A DNA stretch of 57,899 bases from Pseudomonas phage PaMx25: sequence record NC_041953.1. The stretch is one strand, 5' to 3'. A program made the position numbers and the translations under genes. Below are positions 28,475-36,565 of the stretch, in pieces (position 1 is the first letter of the stretch; every line of letters begins with the position of its first letter). Under the pieces are notes generated by a model. That model was not told the DNA's origin and did no database searches. It was given only the letters and a program-made list of their open reading frames with translations.

Positions 28475-29428
28475 TTACAGGCGCATGCCTACGATTGCAC
28501 CCCTGAGCCTATCACCATAGAACAGGCAGGGGTTCGGGTACGTGCTGAAGTCGATTTTCTGTGCCACATCCTTCAGCAGTTTGAGCATCTCAATCTGATA
28601 CACACCCTCGAACGGGAAGCCCACCATGTCGAACGATGCGCCTTCACCTTCGTCGATATGGGTCTTGACTGCTTCACCATGGAAGAACGCGCGCCCCAGC
28701 TTGTCGGCGAATGGTTTAATCACTTCCAGCCCTTCGAACAGGCGGGAGTCCATGTCACTCGGGTTGCTCTGCCTGTCAAGCACTTTCGACAGGTCTGGCC
28801 AGTCAGTGCTATACAGCTGGCTCCGGATCCAGCGCCCGTCGGTGTAATGGAATGTGATGCTGTTGTCGGTGCGCTGTGCGTGCGTAGGCGCTTCGTTGAT
28901 ACGGATCATCTCCTTGATTGCCGCCATAGGGATGTTGGCGGTGAAGGGTGTCTGCGAACCGATCCAGTATTCCACCAGGCACACGTTATTCGTGGCGAAC
29001 GCAGACTGACCCCGAAGCAAGATGCCGTTCGTCCAAGGGCGGGACGCATCGTTCCCGACGAACGGTGCAAGCGTCTTGCACGCCTTCAGAAGCTGCTCAC
29101 CGTCAAGATCTACGTGATCGCCTTCCGGCATCACGTGCGGCGTTTCACCATCGATGCAATCCACGAACGCCCGGAACTTACCGCTCTGAATGCGCAGCTT
29201 GCCCGCGGGAGTCATGCTCAGCGTCACTGTGTCGTTGCAGTTCGCAATCGCCTGCACCAGCGGGCCCGCCTTGGGCTTGCAGTCAATGTCAAAGGGGATG
29301 GGGCTGGACAGCGCCAGCGTGCCGTTATACGAGCGCACATGCCCACCCTCGATGGCGAAGTGAGTCATGGCGGGCAGGAGGTCTTTCTTAGCGACTGCGC
29401 CCTGCACGAACTTGAGTTCTTTAAGCAT
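28475..29428 (-). CDS. DNA polymerase sliding clamp (beta-clamp/DnaN-like)
   Basis: ATG 29428 (MLKELKF) overlaps dpdA stop (TAATG); NGTLALSSPIPFD, DWPDLSKVLDRQSNP and C-terminal GAIVGMRL parallel E. coli beta (DGTLSLTGTDLE, FPDYRRVLPKNPDK, VVMPMRL). Confidence 0.65.
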   Translation of the reverse strand: MLKELKFVQGAVAKKDLLPAMTHFAIEGGHVRSYNGTLALSSPIPFDIDCKPKAGPLVQAIANCNDTVTLSMTPAGKLRIQSGKFRAFVDCIDGETPHVMPEGDHVDLDGEQLLKACKTLAPFVGNDASRPWTNGILLRGQSAFATNNVCLVEYWIGSQTPFTANIPMAAIKEMIRINEAPTHAQRTDNSITFHYTDGRWIRSQLYSTDWPDLSKVLDRQSNPSDMDSRLFEGLEVIKPFADKLGRAFFHGEAVKTHIDEGEGASFDMVGFPFEGVYQIEMLKLLKDVAQKIDFSTYPNPCLFYGDRLRGAIVGMRL

Positions 29429-30366
29429 TAGAAGAGCTCCTGAATACGCGCCCGGAACGTGTTCGAGTGCGCAGCGTTGATCATTGTGTTGATCACACCG
29501 AACGCCCACAGGTTGTAAGCGGCGCGTGATTCATACACGGTGGAAAGGCGCTCAAGTGTGAAACCGTGTTTCTCGAGCATCTGCAGAACGTAGTCCTGTT
29601 CAATCGGTGTCAGTGTGGTCACGTGCTGTCCAGCGTCGTGCCTGCTGGGGGACTTCTCCGACACGCTCATAGGAAGTGCCATCGTGCTCTGGCTGTAGCC
29701 TGGGGTGATAATGCTGCCGAATGCTGCGGACTGAATCCAGGAGGACGAGTCACAGGAATACCACGGATAGCGCTCCATGATCGGAACGGCTGTGATACCG
29801 AAGCCATGCACCTTGATCTTCGGATTGCCGCTACCGTCGGTGAGGTAGCGATCCCATATCCTGTCCAGCCAGATACAGAGCTGCTGAGTGCTGGAGCCCA
29901 CCATGCCGCCGAGCGTGATGTATTCGTAGTTCGCGACGTACCATTCCAGATATCGCTCGTCTTCCCCAGCGTGGAAGCAGGGAAGGGGCTTGGCGCCGCG
30001 CTGCTCCATCTCGAGCTGATTGCGCCACGTCTGCAAAGGGTCGCCGATGCCGTCCAGCACAGACGCCATCACGACACCATCTTCAACGCGAATGATGTCT
30101 CTGTTGCGGTTGATATAGTCGCAATACTCCGCGACGCTAATCTCGACGCCCAGCGTGTAGGCAGAGAACGCTCCCGAGTCCAGGAACACTTGAGCACCGT
30201 CACGCCGCATATCATCGACATAACGCTGCTTTCCGACGTAGTGGTACGACTCGAGAATGTGAGGAAGATTCTTGCAGATGTTCTGCTCGTGCTCTGTCAG
30301 CTTGGCATGGCGCGCCTGACCTTCCATGTATCCGTTTGTATAGACTGCCGCCATAAAGATGTTCAT
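29428..30366 (-). CDS. dpdA: DpdA-like tRNA-guanine transglycosylase-family DNA transglycosylase
   Basis: VFLDSGAFSA matches the TGT catalytic DSGGFQ-type motif; 312 aa; embedded in a que/folE cluster. Confidence 0.6.
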   Translation of the reverse strand: MNIFMAAVYTNGYMEGQARHAKLTEHEQNICKNLPHILESYHYVGKQRYVDDMRRDGAQVFLDSGAFSAYTLGVEISVAEYCDYINRNRDIIRVEDGVVMASVLDGIGDPLQTWRNQLEMEQRGAKPLPCFHAGEDERYLEWYVANYEYITLGGMVGSSTQQLCIWLDRIWDRYLTDGSGNPKIKVHGFGITAVPIMERYPWYSCDSSSWIQSAAFGSIITPGYSQSTMALPMSVSEKSPSRHDAGQHVTTLTPIEQDYVLQMLEKHGFTLERLSTVYESRAAYNLWAFGVINTMINAAHSNTFRARIQELF

Positions 30367-30806
30367 GTTGTCACCTTGTTACCCTTAGTTCTGTTCTCCA
30401 TCATTGGAAGGTACTGCAAATTCGACAACACATGCAGGCCGCTCACCGTCTTACCTTGAAGCGGGATCACATGATCGACTTCGTGACCTTCCGGACAATT
30501 TTCGTAGAACTGTTGAATGAGTTCTTTCTCGCTCCATGCAGGCACACGCTTCAAGCGAAGGGCTTGCTGTCTGCGCACATGCGCGAGGGCTGCTTTCGGG
30601 TTCCGCGCATACCAGCGACGCCAGTTTTCTGTCGCGTTAGGAGAAGGCTTTTCACGAGCTTTACGTTTCGCGATCTGCTCAGGCTGGGAATTGATCCGCT
30701 TCACGTTTTCACGATTGCATTCGACACAAGTTCCAGTCGATTTGAACCGATGAGCAATATGTCCGCGCTTGCACGGTTTTCCTGTGAAGTAGAGCTCTGC
30801 TGCCAT
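30363..30806 (-). CDS. HNH endonuclease
   Basis: Start at second ATG 30806 (TTTGGAGGATTG ATG); Cys-rich N-terminal zinc finger (CKRGH...CVEC) and HEVDHVIPLQGKTVSGLHVLSNLQ HNH motif. Confidence 0.7.
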   Translation of the reverse strand: MAAELYFTGKPCKRGHIAHRFKSTGTCVECNRENVKRINSQPEQIAKRKAREKPSPNATENWRRWYARNPKAALAHVRRQQALRLKRVPAWSEKELIQQFYENCPEGHEVDHVIPLQGKTVSGLHVLSNLQYLPMMENRTKGNKVTT

Positions 30807-30818
30807 CAATCCTCCAAA

Positions 30819-30848
30819 ATGTAGGGACATCCGAAGACGTCCCTACAT
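30819..30848 (-). promoter_or_regulatory. 10-bp stem-loop between folE fusion and HNH gene (terminator/processing-site candidate)
   Basis: ATGTAGGGAC / GTCCCTACAT perfect arms with loop containing TTCG, followed on the coding (-) strand by TTTGGAGG; occludes the first ATG of the HNH ORF. Confidence 0.45.
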
Positions 30849-30864
30849 TATAGCGAACTAGCTG

Positions 30865-31758
30865 TTACTGGGCAAGCCGAAGAAACTCGGCACGGGTGTC
30901 GGGCTCATCTTTCATCGCACCGCGAAGAGCAGTCGTCACAGTGTGGTGCCCCTGCTGGCAGATGCCGCGTGACTCCATGCACATGTGGCGCGCCTTGATG
31001 ACCACACCGACGCCTTTCGCTTCCAGGTGCTCGAACAGCGCGTCAGCAATCTGGTCTGTGAGCCGTTCCTGCACTTGCAGGCGCCGCGCATACATGTCCG
31101 CCAGGCGCGACAGCTTGCTGAGCCCTACGATACGACCGTTCGGGATGTAGCTGATCGTCACCGTGCCGAAAATAGGCGCGAGATGGTGTTCGCAATGCGA
31201 ATAGATGGGGATGTCCCGCACCGTCACCATCTGATCATGCTTCTCGGCGCCGTCCTCGAACACCTTCAGGATCGCTTTCGGATCCTTACCGTAGCCCCCG
31301 CACCAGTGACGCCACGCTTTCGCGACGCGATGCGGAGTCTCGAGCAGACCTTCGCGGGCAGGATCGTCCCCGACGTACTGGAGCAGACGGCGGATATTAT
31401 CCTCGATGCCGGATTCGGCGTCACCCTCCCACGGGAACACGATCCAGCGACCCTTGAACTCTTCGTCGGTCTTCTTGTCGATGAGCACGAAGAACGGCTT
31501 GCCAGGGAACTGGTCGCACCAGTGCTCCATCGTGCTGCCGCTGTCGATCAGGTCGTCGATGAAGATGTCCGCCTTTTCGGGGTCGTCGGTAATGCTGAAC
31601 CCCGCGAGCCCTTGCAGCAGGTACGCAACGGGCACACCGCCGCGCGGTACGGGGTAAGCCAGCAGGGTGCGGCCAAGGGTAGCACCGAAGGCCAAAATGG
31701 CCTGTGCCGCCCGCTGCGCGAGCGCTTGCACGTCGTTGTGATTCAGAGTCAGTTGCAT
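30865..31758 (-). CDS. folE: Gpt-like phosphoribosyltransferase fused to GTP cyclohydrolase I (FolE)
   Basis: N-terminus PVPRGGVPVAYLL...IFIDDLIDSGSTM...WIVFPWE parallels E. coli Gpt (AVSRGGLVPGALLA...VIDDLVDTGGT...WIEQPWD); C-terminus carries FolE motifs GLLETPHRVAKAW, YSHCEHHLAPIFG, MCMESRG. Confidence 0.75.
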   Translation of the reverse strand: MQLTLNHNDVQALAQRAAQAILAFGATLGRTLLAYPVPRGGVPVAYLLQGLAGFSITDDPEKADIFIDDLIDSGSTMEHWCDQFPGKPFFVLIDKKTDEEFKGRWIVFPWEGDAESGIEDNIRRLLQYVGDDPAREGLLETPHRVAKAWRHWCGGYGKDPKAILKVFEDGAEKHDQMVTVRDIPIYSHCEHHLAPIFGTVTISYIPNGRIVGLSKLSRLADMYARRLQVQERLTDQIADALFEHLEAKGVGVVIKARHMCMESRGICQQGHHTVTTALRGAMKDEPDTRAEFLRLAQ

Positions 31759-31767
31759 GATGTGTCC

Positions 31768-32190
31768 TTAGTGTGCGTGGAAGGAGGCGGAGCACTTGCG
31801 CGTCTCTTCGACGTCACAATGTACGAGTTTGATGCCGGTGCCTGCGAGCTGCTGCGGGCCGATCACTTCAACGAGGTGTTGAGCGATGTTCTCGGCGGTC
31901 GGGTTGAACGGGACGATCACGATCGTCGGGTCGATCTCGGGCAGCACCTTGGCCCACGGGTCGTTCTCCCAGATGAGCGTCTTGTGATCCCAATTATCTT
32001 CCAGCCACATGCACAGGCGGGACTTCATGTCGCTGAAGTCAATCACGCGGCCGATGTTGTCCAGCGATTCCGCTTCGCAGGTGAAATGGACTCGATAGTT
32101 GTGGCCGTGCAGGTGCGCGCACTTCGACTCGTGCTGGAAGACGCGGTGTCCGCAGCTGATGTCGTGATATCGTTTGGCTTGCCAGGGCAT
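31768..32190 (-). CDS. queD: 6-carboxytetrahydropterin synthase QueD
   Basis: Start ATG 32190 with AGGAG RBS; CAHLHGHNY (CxxHGH) zinc motif; 141 aa. Confidence 0.8.
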   Translation of the reverse strand: MPWQAKRYHDISCGHRVFQHESKCAHLHGHNYRVHFTCEAESLDNIGRVIDFSDMKSRLCMWLEDNWDHKTLIWENDPWAKVLPEIDPTIVIVPFNPTAENIAQHLVEVIGPQQLAGTGIKLVHCDVEETRKCSASFHAH

Positions 32191-32194
32191 GTGG

Positions 32195-33595
32195 TTACTC
32201 CTTCTCGTTAGCGTAAGTGATGACCTCTTCGAGGCCGTTGATTTCGAAAGCAGTCCGACGCATATAGCACGGACCACACGTTCCGCAGTGCTGCTCGCCT
32301 GCGCGGTAGCAGCTCCAGGTCTTGTCGAGCGGTGCGCCAATGCGGTGCCCCAGCTCAACGATCTCATGCTTCATCAGGTTGCCGACAGGCATCATGACGC
32401 GCATGCGCTTTCCATCGCCTACAGCGAATGGCAACAGGTCATTGAACTTAGCAATGAACTCCGGTTCGTTGTCGGGGTAGGCACCAGCTTCCTCGAGGTT
32501 ATTCCCGAGGACGATAGTGTCGAACCCGTTCGCTTCGGCGTAAGCGGTAGCCACACTGAGCAGCAGCAGGTTCCGCGCAGGCACCCATTCATGAGCGAAC
32601 TCAGCACCTTCTTCACCGCCTGCGATCTTGCTGTCCGCTTGCAACAGCGGGGAGTCGCTGGGCTTATAGACTGGCAGGGGGAACACGGTGCAGGGCACAC
32701 CAATCGCGTCCGCGGCGGCCTGCACAGCAATCACCTCGGGGCCTTCCGCTCGGCTACCATAACAGAAGTGAATCAGTTCGGTTTCCACCCCGATCACTTT
32801 CTTGACGTAGGTGGCAGCGACCACACTGTCCAGGCCCCCGCTGCACACGACCAGCGCCTTGGAACGGGCGCCCACATCGTACAGGGATTCGCCTCGGATC
32901 TCAAGGTGATCGCTGAAGTAGAAGCTCATGACCGAATACGGATCAACCATGCGCGGGGTCATGTTGTCCGGGAAGTAGTGTCGGGCGCTTGCAAAGAACA
33001 CGCCGACTTCAGTTACGACGAACCAGATCGGGCGGTAGTTCGCAGCTACCAGCAGATGATTCTTCTGCTCGCTATGCGTCGCCAGGATTGCATAGCTGCC
33101 TTTCAGCTTCTTCACACCCTCGATGAAATGCAGCGCCGTCCGGTACGCATTGGAACCGTCACAGCGATTCGCATCCAGGACTTCTGCGATCGCAGCGCTG
33201 TCGATGCGGGTGGGCACCTTACCCGTGCGCAGGGCCTTGTCGTTTGCGATGGTGCCGTTATGCACGATAGACCAGTGCCCCGCGCTGTAAGGCTGCTGAT
33301 CGTCCTGCGACTTGTTGGCGACATATTCAGTCGTCGGTTCGGCGCGAAGGTTGCTGATGAACGTAGCGGACTCGACGTCGCCTTTGAAGAACTCGACAGG
33401 GTGCCAATCCTTGCCTTCCTTGCGTTCGGTGCTCTTCTCGATAACGATGTCGTCACCGTAGTTTGTCAGGAAGCCCCGACCGTCGCGACCGCGTTCATGG
33501 CTCTGCTGAATGATATGGTTCAGCAGACCGTTGGCCTGCGATCGCGTGTCAGGTGTGGTCAAGCCCCACACCAGGGCGCCAATGATTGCGCACAT
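32195..33595 (-). CDS. queC: glutamine amidotransferase-QueC fusion (Gat-QueC)
   Basis: N-terminal MCAIIG class II (Ntn) amidotransferase nucleophile; C-terminal QueC PP-loop VVCSGGLDS and zinc site C...CGTCGPC. Confidence 0.8.
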   Translation of the reverse strand: MCAIIGALVWGLTTPDTRSQANGLLNHIIQQSHERGRDGRGFLTNYGDDIVIEKSTERKEGKDWHPVEFFKGDVESATFISNLRAEPTTEYVANKSQDDQQPYSAGHWSIVHNGTIANDKALRTGKVPTRIDSAAIAEVLDANRCDGSNAYRTALHFIEGVKKLKGSYAILATHSEQKNHLLVAANYRPIWFVVTEVGVFFASARHYFPDNMTPRMVDPYSVMSFYFSDHLEIRGESLYDVGARSKALVVCSGGLDSVVAATYVKKVIGVETELIHFCYGSRAEGPEVIAVQAAADAIGVPCTVFPLPVYKPSDSPLLQADSKIAGGEEGAEFAHEWVPARNLLLLSVATAYAEANGFDTIVLGNNLEEAGAYPDNEPEFIAKFNDLLPFAVGDGKRMRVMMPVGNLMKHEIVELGHRIGAPLDKTWSCYRAGEQHCGTCGPCYMRRTAFEINGLEEVITYANEKE

Positions 33596-33598
33596 AGC

Positions 33599-34303
33599 TC
33601 ACTCCATGTTGATGATCTTGTGGATCTGTAGTTGAAGGATGTAACCGAACTTCATGCAGGAGTCGATGGCCGCTTGCAGGTTAAGGCGGTTGAGCTCTTC
33701 ATCCTTGGAGTCCATCGGTTGCAGGTAGATCGGGCGTGCCCAATTCTTGGGCGGTCGGGCCACATACGGACTCGCGCGGTGTTCCAACGCACGCAACGGA
33801 AGGCCGTCGTCGTGGATGCTGTCGTGCGCGATCACATACTTGAAGCAGCATGCGACGTCGTTGATGCGGGGATGAACCTTACCAGCTTTCGGGCTGCACA
33901 CCACATAGACGCCGGTTCGGATGTCCGGCATGGTGCTGTAAGGGTACTCGACAGGTTGAAGCGTGCCGTTCGTCTCGATCTGGACATAGAAGCCCGCATC
34001 GGTCAGCACGTTCAGGAGTCGGGTGATGTCTTGGCGGAACGGTTCGCCGCCGGTGATGACCACAAGCCCGCTCGACTGGTATTCCTTCACCTTGTCGAGG
34101 ATCTCTTGAGCGCTTGCAGCGCGCCTGCCTTGGGTGTAGTCGGTGTCGCATGCGGGGCATTGCAGATTGCACCCTGCGAGTCGAACGAATACGGAAGGGG
34201 TTCCGCAGAAAGGGCCTTCGCCCTGGATGGTGTGAAAGATGCTGTGTAAGGACAGCAGGCCGTCAGCGCTTCTGGTGCGCTTCTCGATGGGTTGTAAGTT
34301 CAT
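33599..34303 (-). CDS. queE: 7-carboxy-7-deazaguanine synthase QueE (radical SAM)
   Basis: CNLQCPACDT CxxxCxxC cluster, 234 aa, first gene of the que operon. Confidence 0.8.
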   Translation of the reverse strand: MNLQPIEKRTRSADGLLSLHSIFHTIQGEGPFCGTPSVFVRLAGCNLQCPACDTDYTQGRRAASAQEILDKVKEYQSSGLVVITGGEPFRQDITRLLNVLTDAGFYVQIETNGTLQPVEYPYSTMPDIRTGVYVVCSPKAGKVHPRINDVACCFKYVIAHDSIHDDGLPLRALEHRASPYVARPPKNWARPIYLQPMDSKDEELNRLNLQAAIDSCMKFGYILQLQIHKIINME

Positions 34304-34322
34304 GGAACCTCCGGGGTAGATA

Positions 34323-34348
34323 GCAAAGGGGCATCTCTGCCCCTTTGC
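34323..34348 (-). terminator. strong stem-loop between paralog gene and queE (terminator/attenuator candidate)
   Basis: 11-bp stem GCAAAGGGGCA/TGCCCCTTTGC with 4-nt loop; weak U-tract. Confidence 0.35.
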
Positions 34349-34393
34349 AGGTTTCCCGCTGGGCGGATGCCCAGGGCGCTTTATTGTAGCAGG

Positions 34394-34918
34394 TTAGGCC
34401 TGCTCGGCGCCAGCGGAGGTCGTTTCGGCCTTCGGAGACTCGATACGGCCGGTGATGCCGTGGAACTTGCGCCAGCGGGCATATTCGGCACGGACGTTGG
34501 CTTCGTTCAGACCGTCGGCCTTGGCCAGTTCCATGGACTCGCCGATGGACGCGGGAGCGCCATTCTTCTGCGACACGCTGTCGAAGATGCCCCAGGCCTT
34601 GCCACAGAGGGTGTCCGGCTTCGGGCGGCGGATGCCGTTCTGTTCAGGCATGCGGTTGGCATCGCGGGCAGCCTTGGCGTCGAGCTTGGCCTGTTCCTTC
34701 GCAGCCTTCTCGGCGGCCTTCTTGGCTTCGCGGTCAGCCTTTTCCTGGGCCTTCTGGGCTTCCTTGGCAGCCTTCTTCTCGGCAGCTTCGGCTTCACGCT
34801 TGGCCTTGGCTTCAGCCTTCTCGGCTTCCTTGCGAGCCTTCTCGGCAGCTTTTTCGTCAGCCTTGCGCTGGGCTTCGGCCTGCTCGGCAGCGATCTGTTC
34901 GGCGGTCTTCTCGGTCAT
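34394..34918 (-). CDS. putative DNA-binding protein: Lys/Ala/Glu-rich helical N-terminus + conserved C-terminal domain (paralog 1)
   Basis: ATG 34918 (MTEKTAEQIAAEQ...); KAAEKARKEAEKAEAKAK repeats; C-terminal LCGKAWGIFDSV...EYARWRKFHGITGR shared with two neighbouring genes. Confidence 0.5.
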   Translation of the reverse strand: MTEKTAEQIAAEQAEAQRKADEKAAEKARKEAEKAEAKAKREAEAAEKKAAKEAQKAQEKADREAKKAAEKAAKEQAKLDAKAARDANRMPEQNGIRRPKPDTLCGKAWGIFDSVSQKNGAPASIGESMELAKADGLNEANVRAEYARWRKFHGITGRIESPKAETTSAGAEQA

Positions 34919-35014
34919 GGTCTTTCTCCAGTGAAAGTGAATAAAGTCCGTTGATGGACGGGATTGCAATGTACCACTCCAGGAGCAGGAGTGCAAGCGG
35001 GCAAATCGGATATC

Positions 35015-35686
35015 TTACGCGATCCGCGCTTTCTGCCAGTTGCCAAGCTCATTGGAGCTGCTAGTGCGTTTCACCCCATCCTGCTCCAGCGTGTTCATGA
35101 TATCCTTGCGCAAGGCGAGGACTGTGCTCTTTTCGGTAGGCTTTCCAGCTTCCTCCCACATGCGGTCAGCGACTGCCCAGATCTTCTCGCGCACACCGCC
35201 GGCCCTTGGGGCACCAGTTGCAGCGCGCGGGGCAGCAGCGGGCCGCACAGGCCGCGCAGCACTGCTGGCCGGTACGGTAGCACCGGCACGCACAGCGTCG
35301 CCCGTAGCGTCGGCAAACAACTCAGCAGGACGGGAAGCGCGAAACGAACCCTTCACATACTTGTAGGCCCTCTTGTCGCCGTCCCGAATACTGTCTGCCT
35401 GGCGCTTGACCTCAAGCTCGTCCAGATCCGTAACAGGGAACTCCTCCACAAACTGGAGGATCTTGGACTTCATCTCCGCGACGGGCATGTGGTCAGCTTG
35501 CCCTGGAAAGCACGATCGGAAAAGCATCTTGATCTCCATGTCGGTCTTGTGCTTGACTGTCATGTCGATCGGACAGACATTCACTGCGACGTCGGGGAGT
35601 TCAATATGGACTAGACCGCACACAGCATTCACCGACGAATGCTTATGAACGATCCTCATGTTCTGCATGTCAAGACTAACGTACAT
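35015..35686 (-). CDS. hypothetical protein with diverged copy of the same C-terminal domain (paralog 2)
   Basis: GAGGTG RBS; Ala/Pro/Arg-rich linker; C-terminus IWAVADRMWEEAGKPTEKSTVLALRKDIMNTLEQDGVKR...NWQKARI aligns with the paralog domain. Confidence 0.45.
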   Translation of the reverse strand: MYVSLDMQNMRIVHKHSSVNAVCGLVHIELPDVAVNVCPIDMTVKHKTDMEIKMLFRSCFPGQADHMPVAEMKSKILQFVEEFPVTDLDELEVKRQADSIRDGDKRAYKYVKGSFRASRPAELFADATGDAVRAGATVPASSAARPVRPAAAPRAATGAPRAGGVREKIWAVADRMWEEAGKPTEKSTVLALRKDIMNTLEQDGVKRTSSSNELGNWQKARIA

Positions 35687-35889
35687 CTTTCACCTCGCAT
35701 CTGAAGGGCACCCCTCCGTGCATGTATGCCGCAAGCGGCTGTCGGCATTCTGCCTTGTGCTTGAAGCGCTCAGCGGTAGCGAACACCTCGGAGAAGATCA
35801 GATAGAGCACAAGGATAATGGCTGCAAGCACTAACAGAAACCGAATCATGGCATGCCTCCGGAGGGGCTTTCGCCCCTCGTTGCTGTTA

Positions 35890-36417
35890 TTACTGACGGC
35901 CGCGGATGCCGTTGAACTTGCGCCACTGGTAGAACTCGATGGACGCATTGTTCGGGTTCCAGCCGCGCTCTTCCGCCAGCGCCTTCACCTGCTTGGCGGT
36001 GGGCTGGGTGCCCGCTGCCACCATGTCGTCCAGCGCATCCCACACAGCACGACACTGACCGCCCACGGAGGGCTTCTTGATGCCGTTGCGCTCTTCGCGG
36101 GCCTTTTCAATCTTCAGGCCGCTGCTGGTGCGCTTGGCAGCGGCGGGAGCGCTGCGCTCCTCTTCCTTCTTCTCATTGGCACCCATCATCTGCTGAACCA
36201 TCGTTGCCAGGCCGCTCGGGGCGCTGACAGGTGCTTCCTGCACTTCCTCGGTGACCACAGCTTCCGGCGCAGCTTCTTCCGCGCCCTTGGCGTCAGCGTG
36301 GTGCGCTTCCAGCGCGGCACGCATGCCGTCATTGTTCATCTTGCCGTAGTTCTTGATGCCAGCTTCCTTGCAAGCCTGACGGAGTTCCACTTTGCCCATT
36401 TCGTTGAAGTTGATCAT
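35890..36417 (-). CDS. putative DNA-binding protein: HeH/Rho_N-like N-terminus + conserved C-terminal domain (paralog 3)
   Basis: MGKVELRQACKEAGIKNYGKMNNDGMRAALEAH resembles Rho_N/SAP-like helix-extension-helix; C-terminus CRAVWDALDDMVAAGTQPTAKQVKALAEERGWNPNNASIEFYQWRKFNGIRGR. Confidence 0.5.
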   Translation of the reverse strand: MINFNEMGKVELRQACKEAGIKNYGKMNNDGMRAALEAHHADAKGAEEAAPEAVVTEEVQEAPVSAPSGLATMVQQMMGANEKKEEERSAPAAAKRTSSGLKIEKAREERNGIKKPSVGGQCRAVWDALDDMVAAGTQPTAKQVKALAEERGWNPNNASIEFYQWRKFNGIRGRQ

Positions 36418-36483
36418 TTTAAGCTCCTAGAGGTTGATGGTCTTTCGACCGTTGTTTGATGCACCGCTGCATCCAGGAATCGT

Positions 36484-36511
36484 ACTATAGACGAACTGGA
36501 CAAAGATGCAA
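36484..36511 (-). promoter_or_regulatory. promoter candidate TTGCAT-N16-TATAGT for the paralog/que operon
   Basis: On - strand: -35 at 36511-36506, -10 at 36489-36484; overlaps a terminator-like hairpin (36508-36529) downstream of the helicase gene. Confidence 0.35.
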
Positions 36512-36565
36512 GCCTTTTTTCAGGCTTGCCCGTAAAAAAGATTTTTATCGACATCTAAAAATCGA

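Noticed and set aside
31768-32367. Longer 199-aa form of QueD starting at 32367
   Set aside because: The N-terminal 59 codons are Ala/Ser/Arg-rich with no motif and overlap Gat-QueC. The internal ATG 32190 has an AGGAG RBS and yields a canonical-length QueD.
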